Part shown: positions 15,176-20,000 of the stretch, one piece after another
Layout of the letters: each line of letters opens with the position of its first letter
Position numbering within the stretch: the first letter of the stretch is position 1
From: an uncultured virus (IMG/VR IMGVR_UViG_3300049595_003462)
Taxonomy: Duplodnaviria > Heunggongvirae > Uroviricota > Caudoviricetes
Length of the DNA: 20,000 nt
Direction: 5' to 3' (one strand)
Virus record (IMG/VR): IMGVR_UViG_3300049595_003462
Position numbers and translations under genes: made by a program
The notes under the pieces: model-generated
What the model saw: only the letters and a program-made list of their open reading frames with translations
What the model was told of the DNA's origin: nothing
Databases searched by the model: none

Positions 15176-15895
15176 TTATATTGAAAAGTTAACCTCAAAC
15201 AAAGTATTTGATTCACTTTCTTCTGTGTTGTAAGTATGGTCTAAATCAACGGTTGAATTGTTGAAATTAAAGATGAATCGTCCGTCAGAACCTTCGTTGA
15301 TTTCCCAACCACCGAAATGACTTTCAAGTTGACTATAACACCAATTTTCAATTGATGCAGGAACCGCATCCAAGACTTCGTCAAATGAACTTTCAATATA
15401 ACCAGAATCTCCACCGCCATTGTAACTTAAAGTTAAAATACCATCACTTGGGACCTCAACATCTTGCATGTCTTCTTCCATCCACTTATCAAATCTTTCT
15501 TTATCTTCATCAGAATCATATTCAACTGAGCTACCATCTCCTCTACCATAATATGAATAATTGTGACTTACTGTAAGTTCTTTTCGGGTACAATCAATTT
15601 CAATCTCAATTCTTTGATAACTCATTGAGTCAATATCAGGATAATCATATAAATCCTCATCAATAACATGATTCATTACTTTTTTAAGAATTGGTAGTAA
15701 TCCTTCAGGTAGTTCTGCTCTATAGTTATTATCAAAATGTTGAATGTATTTCCAATCAATATTTTCATGTGATAAGTCATATTGGTCTGAATCCATTTCA
15801 ACACCAATTAGACCTTCTGTCATACCTAATGACGCAAGATAGTTACAAGTTCTGTTTAAGTATTTTTTTTCTTCTGAAGTTAAAATTTCTATCAT
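15176..15895 (-). CDS. conserved hypothetical acidic protein (C-terminus resembles DUF6878)
   Basis: LSYNGGGDSGYIE...GGWEINEGSDG motifs; start at MIEILT (15895) preferred, 15910 possible. Confidence 0.7.
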   Translation of the reverse strand: MIEILTSEEKKYLNRTCNYLASLGMTEGLIGVEMDSDQYDLSHENIDWKYIQHFDNNYRAELPEGLLPILKKVMNHVIDEDLYDYPDIDSMSYQRIEIEIDCTRKELTVSHNYSYYGRGDGSSVEYDSDEDKERFDKWMEEDMQDVEVPSDGILTLSYNGGGDSGYIESSFDEVLDAVPASIENWCYSQLESHFGGWEINEGSDGRFIFNFNNSTVDLDHTYNTEESESNTLFEVNFSI

Positions 15896-15906
15896 AACAA
15901 TAAATA

Positions 15907-16254
15907 TCAATCTTCTATTTTAAGTGTCCTCAACATCCATTGAGGTCGTTTATTTTCTAAAATATTGTTCATCCATTCTTTTGCCGATGGTAAATAATTG
16001 TTACAATCTTCTTTTACGTGTTGTTCTCCAACATAACGAGTGTAAACAATTTTTTCATCACTATTAATGAATTCTGTCCCAAACTTTTTTTCCATTTCAA
16101 AAATACCCTCACTATGATGTCTGAACATTCTATGCAAAGAATCTCCCATCCAACTTTTGGTTTCATCTAACCACTCGTGTAAATGAATGTAGTCTTCAGG
16201 TTTCCCACCAAACTTTTTTGCGGAACTTTTTGCGTGTATATTAGGATGTGCCAT
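15907..16254 (-). CDS. conserved hypothetical His-rich protein (resembles DUF6915)
   Basis: MAHPNIHAKSSAKKFGG.PEDY..LHEWLDETK...HRMFRHHSEG...GEQHVKED. Confidence 0.75.
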   Translation of the reverse strand: MAHPNIHAKSSAKKFGGKPEDYIHLHEWLDETKSWMGDSLHRMFRHHSEGIFEMEKKFGTEFINSDEKIVYTRYVGEQHVKEDCNNYLPSAKEWMNNILENKRPQWMLRTLKIED

Positions 16255-16272
16255 ATTTTATTTATTTATTTG

Positions 16273-16346
16273 TGGAGAAGGAGGGACTCGAACCCACGAC
16301 TTCTTGAATGCAAATCAAGCGCTCTAGCCAACTGAGCTACATCCCC
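16273..16346 (-). tRNA. tRNA-Ala(TGC)
   Basis: CTTGA-TTTGCAT-TCAAG, G3:U70. Confidence 0.94.
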
Positions 16347-16354
16347 ATTGTTTA

Positions 16355-16462
16355 CTATACGATTTTTGTATTAGATAATATATAAACCATTCCAACAACC
16401 CACGCAATAAATACAAGAATAACTATCACATCTTTTCCCGAAATTTCTTTTAGTTTTTTCAT
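16355..16462 (-). CDS. small single-pass membrane peptide (35 aa)
   Basis: MKKLKEISGKDVIVILVFIAWVVGMVYILSNTKIV*. Confidence 0.5.
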   Translation of the reverse strand: MKKLKEISGKDVIVILVFIAWVVGMVYILSNTKIV

Positions 16463-16493
16463 ACAATTTTTGTTTATTTTAAAATTAAAAATG

Positions 16494-16567
16494 AGCCTCC
16501 TGTCGGATTCGAACCAACGACCTACTGATTACAAATCAGTTGCTCTAGCCAGCTGAGCTAAGGAGGC
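16494..16567 (-). tRNA. tRNA-Thr(TGT)
   Basis: ACTGA-TTTGTAA-TCAGT. Confidence 0.95.
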
Positions 16568-16573
16568 TTTTTG

Positions 16574-16646
16574 CGGTCTCAACGGGATTCGAACCCGTAT
16601 CTCGCACCGTGACAGGGTGGAATTGTAACCATTCAACCATGAGACC
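16574..16646 (-). tRNA. tRNA-Asp(GTC)
   Basis: Loop CTGTCAC, G73. Confidence 0.93.
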
Positions 16647-16651
16647 AAAAT

Positions 16652-16942
16652 TGTCAGTCTTTCCTGACCGTCACCCCTAACCCACAGGTATTAACCCGTA
16701 TCGTAGTTTAGCTTGGTTGGCTCCCCATCCTGAGATTGCGGATAAGTAGATTTTAACGGTTTAGTTTTCTTAAAAACAAACGCATTAGTGTCTTACCACA
16801 TGAAAATATAAATCAGCATTACTGGGAGGAAACATGCCAGTATCCTTTATTCCCATGACCCCCTCCTCTAAAGTCGTGGTGGGCGACAACTACACCATTT
16901 TAAAGCAAAGGTGTCAAATCTTATGAGTATCTCTTACTCAGT
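16652..16942 (-). ncRNA. candidate structured non-coding RNA between the endonuclease gene and tRNA-Asp
   Basis: Non-coding; hairpins TGAGTA/TACTCA, ACACC/GGTGT, TACTGG/CCAGTA, terminal GTCAG-GAAAGA-CTGAC. Confidence 0.45.
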
Positions 16943-16984
16943 GAGACGATAGTCGGTTTCGAACCAACTTTATTCCAATTTATT

Positions 16985-17665
16985 TTATATCGTCTTTTTT
17001 ATAGTTCTACCTAATTCCCATTCAGGATACAAATATAAGTCAATTTTTTTAATTTTTTTAGTTTCTTTTCCATTTGTTATCCAACAAGTACCAAATTGTG
17101 AATTTTTTTCACCTTTTTGATGTATTGCATTTTTTTCACCAATTATTTTTTTTGTTTCATCTTTGTGGGTTTTTCCTCTAAAAGTACCACCAAAATCAAA
17201 ACCAGAATCAATCTTACTTTGTTTTATTTTTTCAAGTTGTATTTTTCTTTTTTCAGGTGTCACCGTTTTATAATAATTTTTGAAAATCACACTTAAAAAA
17301 TTATCACCATATCTTTCTTGTAATATTTTATCAGTTGTTTTTCTACCTTTTTTAACACCTTCAGGACTTATAAAACCTCCACCCCCACCATAAACTAAAT
17401 TTATACATAATTTATCTTCTAATAATGTTTGGTTTACAATTTCTTTCTCTCTTTTTTTTAATAAATCTCTATTTGGTAACATTTCTAAAATCTCAATTTT
17501 AAAATTTTCTTTACCATATTTTTTTAAACTTCTTGTTATTCTTTCACCACTACCCATATAACCGTCTTCTAAATTACTGGTTGAGTGCATCCCAATGTAA
17601 AATTTTCCATTTATAATATTTGTTGTCTTATAAATGTAATGATATTTGTGTTGTTTTCTTGGCAT
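16985..17665 (-). CDS. free-standing GIY-YIG (Seg-like) homing endonuclease with NUMOD3-like DNA-binding motif
   Basis: YIYKTTN..NGKFYIG.H.....DGYMGSG, E in LKKREKEI, FRGKTHKDETKKII, GEKNSQFGTCWITNG. Confidence 0.9.
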   Translation of the reverse strand: MPRKQHKYHYIYKTTNIINGKFYIGMHSTSNLEDGYMGSGERITRSLKKYGKENFKIEILEMLPNRDLLKKREKEIVNQTLLEDKLCINLVYGGGGGFISPEGVKKGRKTTDKILQERYGDNFLSVIFKNYYKTVTPEKRKIQLEKIKQSKIDSGFDFGGTFRGKTHKDETKKIIGEKNAIHQKGEKNSQFGTCWITNGKETKKIKKIDLYLYPEWELGRTIKKTI

Positions 17666-17668
17666 AAA

Positions 17669-17700
17669 TTCCTTTTCTCAATAAATACCAAGAAAAGGAA
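17669..17700 (-). promoter_or_regulatory. RBS-sequestering hairpin upstream of the endonuclease gene
   Basis: TTCCTTTTCT-tggtatttattg-AGAAAAGGAA-ttt-ATG (10-bp perfect stem). Confidence 0.7.
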
Positions 17701-17715
17701 CAAAAACCGACTCAG

Positions 17716-17787
17716 AGCGAGTAGCCGTAATCGAAACGGCGTATCCTACTTGGAAGGAAGGCATAATAACCACTATACTATACTCGC
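17716..17787 (-). tRNA. tRNA-Gly(TCC)
   Basis: GCGAGTA/TACTCGC, loop CTTCCAA, U73. Confidence 0.9.
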
Positions 17788-17866
17788 ATTTTGGGTGGAA
17801 TCAGACGCGTTATGTCCACCGAGACCTCGTCGTTGACTTTCGTCAGAGCGGACCGAGACACATTTG

Positions 17867-17941
17867 CGTCCCCTACAGGACTTGAACCTGTGACCTATTG
17901 TTTAACAAACAATTGCTCTAAACCAACTGAGCTAAAGAGAC
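17867..17941 (-). tRNA. tRNA-Asn(GTT)
   Basis: ATTGT-TTGTTAA-ACAAT, G73. Confidence 0.94.
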
Positions 17942-17947
17942 ATTATG

Positions 17948-18020
17948 TAGAGTAGGCAAGACTCGAACTTGCACGCACTTACCCCCAAAATAAGGGACCT
18001 ACCAATTAGTCAACTACTCT
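17948..18020 (-). tRNA. tRNA-Pro(TGG)
   Basis: CTTAT-TTTGGGG-GTAAG; atypical A1-U72. Confidence 0.85.
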
Positions 18021-18031
18021 ATATTTTCCAT

Positions 18032-18078
18032 ATTTCAAAGAACACTACAAAGATAATCAAAAAACCTTATAAAACAAA
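18032..18078 (-). promoter_or_regulatory. promoter plus boxA-like element heading the Pro-Asn-Gly tRNA cluster
   Basis: TTTG-N19-TATCTTTG (18048-18078), then GTTCTTTGAAAT (18032-18043). Confidence 0.65.
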
Positions 18079-18109
18079 AAACCCCGAACTTTTTATGTTC
18101 AGGGTTTTT
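18071..18109 (-). terminator. intrinsic terminator / attenuator hairpin
   Basis: AAAAACCCTGAAC-ataaaaa-GTTCGGGGTTTTTTGTTTT. Confidence 0.75.
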
Positions 18110-18132
18110 AAATTTGGCTTTTTATTATTCCA

Positions 18133-18222
18133 TTATTTAAGATCTGAACATAAGCATAGATTACCTAATCCGTCGTTTGCCGGTGTTGGTTCTGTTCTAT
18201 TAAATGTGTTCAAATTTTTCAT
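18133..18222 (-). CDS. putative leader peptide (29 aa)
   Basis: MKNLNTFNRTEPTPANDGLGNLCLCSDLK*; the last codons contain a 10-nt complement of the terminator 5' arm. Confidence 0.5.
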   Translation of the reverse strand: MKNLNTFNRTEPTPANDGLGNLCLCSDLK

Positions 18223-18264
18223 AATGTTTTTATAAATATAGTCAAAAACCCTAAAAGTCAATTC

Positions 18265-18522
18265 TTATAAGTATTTTTTAAATAAATCTTCCAAAATACT
18301 TTCATCTTCTTTTGAAAGACGATAATATTTTTCTTTTAACTTTTCCATTTTTTCAAAGAAAAGACTTTCTAAAAACCCAAGATGATTGGGTAGTTTTGCT
18401 GCGCTTGGACTAATATGTCCATCCTCAATTAATGCGTCAATAAGTTCATCAATTTCTCGTTTACTACATGCTGATATATAGTCATCTACATCAACATCTA
18501 CGTATGTGTCAAATTCTGGCAT
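18265..18522 (-). CDS. hypothetical protein
   Basis: 85-aa ORF in an operon-like run. Confidence 0.7.
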   Translation of the reverse strand: MPEFDTYVDVDVDDYISACSKREIDELIDALIEDGHISPSAAKLPNHLGFLESLFFEKMEKLKEKYYRLSKEDESILEDLFKKYL

Positions 18523-18526
18523 ATGT

Positions 18527-18826
18527 TTATTTATTTAAAAGTGTTAAAATTTTTTCTTTTGCTAATTCGGTAGTGGCTTTATTATATCCTCCAATGTGCC
18601 ATTCAATTTCTTCATCCATCTCAATATTGCGATAATATTTCCAATCATATATTGTAATTATTTCTTCTTCACCCATTTCTCTAACCCATTCCATTGACAC
18701 CTTTCCGTCGCCAGATCCTTTATGGGTCATTTCACCTAATATTTCAACTAGTTGATTTGGTGTTGCTTTGAGTGTGGTATCATAAAAACTTGTTAGTTTT
18801 GCTAATTTTGTTGTATTGTTTATCAT
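18527..18826 (-). CDS. hypothetical phage protein
   Basis: 99 aa, GDGKV..EW...TIYDWK...WHIGG; TATCTTTG element at 18847-18854. Confidence 0.75.
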   Translation of the reverse strand: MINNTTKLAKLTSFYDTTLKATPNQLVEILGEMTHKGSGDGKVSMEWVREMGEEEIITIYDWKYYRNIEMDEEIEWHIGGYNKATTELAKEKILTLLNK

Positions 18827-18864
18827 AGTTATTAAAATTGGTAATACAAAGATAATACTTTTTT

Positions 18865-19251
18865 CTAACTTGCCAACTCCTGGTTCAACTTTTTTTCCAA
18901 ACCTGAAATAATATATGATGCGGTCATGTAGTTTGTTGCCAAAGGTGTGTTATACACATTACAAATCCTTAACAACATGTTTACATCAACTTGGTGAGGA
19001 TGAACTTCCAACGGGTCAATAAAGAATACAACCCCTGAGATTTCACCATCGGCAATCATTGACGCAATTTGGGCATCACCACCAAGTGGTCCTGACTTCA
19101 TACATTGAACATCTAATCCTGCGTGTTCAATATGTTTTCCTGTTGTTCCCGTTGCAATAACATCAACCCTTTTGAAGAATTCCAATCTTTTCATTACAAA
19201 GGCAACCATGTCAGCCTTTTTTCCATCGTGTGCAATAACCGCTATTTTCAT
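18865..19251 (-). CDS. mgsA: methylglyoxal synthase
   Basis: IAHDGKK, ATGTTG, SGPLGGDAQI, FFIDPL..HPH..DV..LLR.C.VYN.PLATN. Confidence 0.95.
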   Translation of the reverse strand: MKIAVIAHDGKKADMVAFVMKRLEFFKRVDVIATGTTGKHIEHAGLDVQCMKSGPLGGDAQIASMIADGEISGVVFFIDPLEVHPHQVDVNMLLRICNVYNTPLATNYMTASYIISGLEKKLNQELAS

Positions 19252-19254
19252 AAA

Positions 19255-19530
19255 TTATTTTGTCTTATTGTGAATTGGATTCTTACAATTTCCCTTGTGG
19301 GTTCCCCATTTATTGTTTCCAAAATCTACCACAATATATTCACATCCTTCTAAAGTGTAAATTTGATAATATCTATCATATGGTTCTGTAGATGTACCAA
19401 GTTGTTTAATTTCAACAGGTTGTGATACCGTATTTGGTTCAGGTTTTTTGTTCATATCAAAGTTGCAACCTGATATTATTATTGTTAATAACCCTACCGA
19501 AAATTGTTTTATTATTTTTCCGCTGTACAT
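19255..19530 (-). CDS. putative lipoprotein
   Basis: Hydrophobic N-terminus ending IISGC; EGCEYI...THKGNCKNPIH. Confidence 0.7.
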   Translation of the reverse strand: MYSGKIIKQFSVGLLTIIISGCNFDMNKKPEPNTVSQPVEIKQLGTSTEPYDRYYQIYTLEGCEYIVVDFGNNKWGTHKGNCKNPIHNKTK

Positions 19531-19533
19531 AAA

Positions 19534-19701
19534 TTATTGTTTTATGATATAACCAAAATGCGACATAACTAAAATTAATCCGTAAATAGATAACCCAAAT
19601 AGTAAGGTTTTAACTGAAACGTCTAAAAGACTTTTTTTCCCCCACATAATACTAAGTAAGAAAAATAAAATTGTTACGATAATGTTAAATATTAGTTGCA
19701 T
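19534..19701 (-). CDS. small membrane protein (55 aa), not in the ORF track
   Basis: MQLIFNIIVTILFFLLSIMWGKKSLLDVSVKTLLFGLSIYGLILVMSHFGYIIKQ*. Confidence 0.6.
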   Translation of the reverse strand: MQLIFNIIVTILFFLLSIMWGKKSLLDVSVKTLLFGLSIYGLILVMSHFGYIIKQ

Positions 19702-19724
19702 AATAGTTTATTTTTATTTGTTTG

Positions 19725-19798
19725 TGGACCCTGCAGGACTTGAACCTGCGGCCTTCGCGTTATGAGCGCGCCGCTCTGACCATCTGAGCTAAGGGTCC
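19725..19798 (-). tRNA. tRNA with CAT anticodon, probably Ile2 (lysidine type)
   Basis: GGACCCT/AGGGTCC acceptor and CTCATAA loop resemble bacterial ileX-type tRNAs. Confidence 0.85.
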
Positions 19799-19814
19799 AT
19801 TAGGATGTTTAGAA

Positions 19815-20000
19815 TTACACCAAATCTCCGTTGATGTTATCCCAATCATCTGTAAGGTTGTACGGTGGTTCGTTTTCTAAACCATCCATTAAGGTTACAT
19901 CCCACTCTGAGAACTCATCATCAGGTGGTATTGATTGAATAATGTCATCATTCGTGGTTAACATCATTTCAGACGCATTTTGAGGTATTTTGATTGTTGG
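19815..20000 (-). CDS. C-terminal part of an acidic hypothetical protein (starts beyond window)
   Basis: Open frame ...DEFSEWDVTLMDGLENEPPYNLTDDWDNINGDLV*. Confidence 0.6.
   Translation of the reverse strand, partial: PTIKIPQNASEMMLTTNDDIIQSIPPDDEFSEWDVTLMDGLENEPPYNLTDDWDNINGDLV

Noticed and set aside
16652..17712. Group I intron hosting the GIY-YIG gene
   Set aside because: No recognisable P7 R/S core elements, and the flanking tRNA-Gly and tRNA-Asp are intact, so there are no split exons.
17820..17850. Hammerhead ribozyme suggested by CTGACGAAA
   Set aside because: The CUGANGA and GAAA elements overlap in one tetraloop hairpin, so the three-stem core cannot be built.
7653..18235. Short ORFs over tRNAs/ncRNAs (7653, 7726, 7775, 8368, 8634, 10970, 11655, 13701, 14019, 14093, 14355, 14752, 17585, 17969)
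   Set aside because: They are translations of tRNA or structured RNA sequence or lie antisense to real features, and show no protein motifs.
1127..19353. Alternate-frame or antisense ORFs at 1127, 1527, 3329, 15352, 15691, 19123
   Set aside because: They overlap better-supported genes.
1..20000. Genome-wide stop-codon reassignment
   Set aside because: Recognisable genes are full length in the standard code, mgsA ends normally at TAG, and no CTA/TCA suppressor tRNA is present.

Overview
AT-rich segment of a large (jumbo-type) phage genome. Repeated TTTG-N19/20-TAnnTTTG promoters point to a Bacteroidota host. The left end carries accessory genes (HAD phosphatase-like, PspC, M15/M23-like peptidase, small lipoprotein, PLP aminotransferase, ferritin-like). 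Most of 5.2-19.8 kb is a minus-strand tRNA region with 24 canonical tRNAs covering all 20 amino acids, a GIY-YIG homing endonuclease and mgsA. The main discovery lies at 8841-13865: 13 complete (plus one truncated) tRNA-Leu-like units that share a near-invariant acceptor stem and T-arm, and mostly a Leu-type D-arm. In each, the anticodon region is replaced by a different insert, often structured. The units alternate with small ORFs, whose stop codons abut them, and with self-closing non-coding spacers, which suggests a tRNA-scaffold cassette array. Also seen: a ~560-nt ornate ncRNA candidate, several smaller structured RNAs between tRNAs (one pseudoknotted), and two matching leader-peptide/attenuator/promoter/boxA modules heading tRNA clusters. 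All structures were read by eye, and family names come from motif recognition, not database searches.
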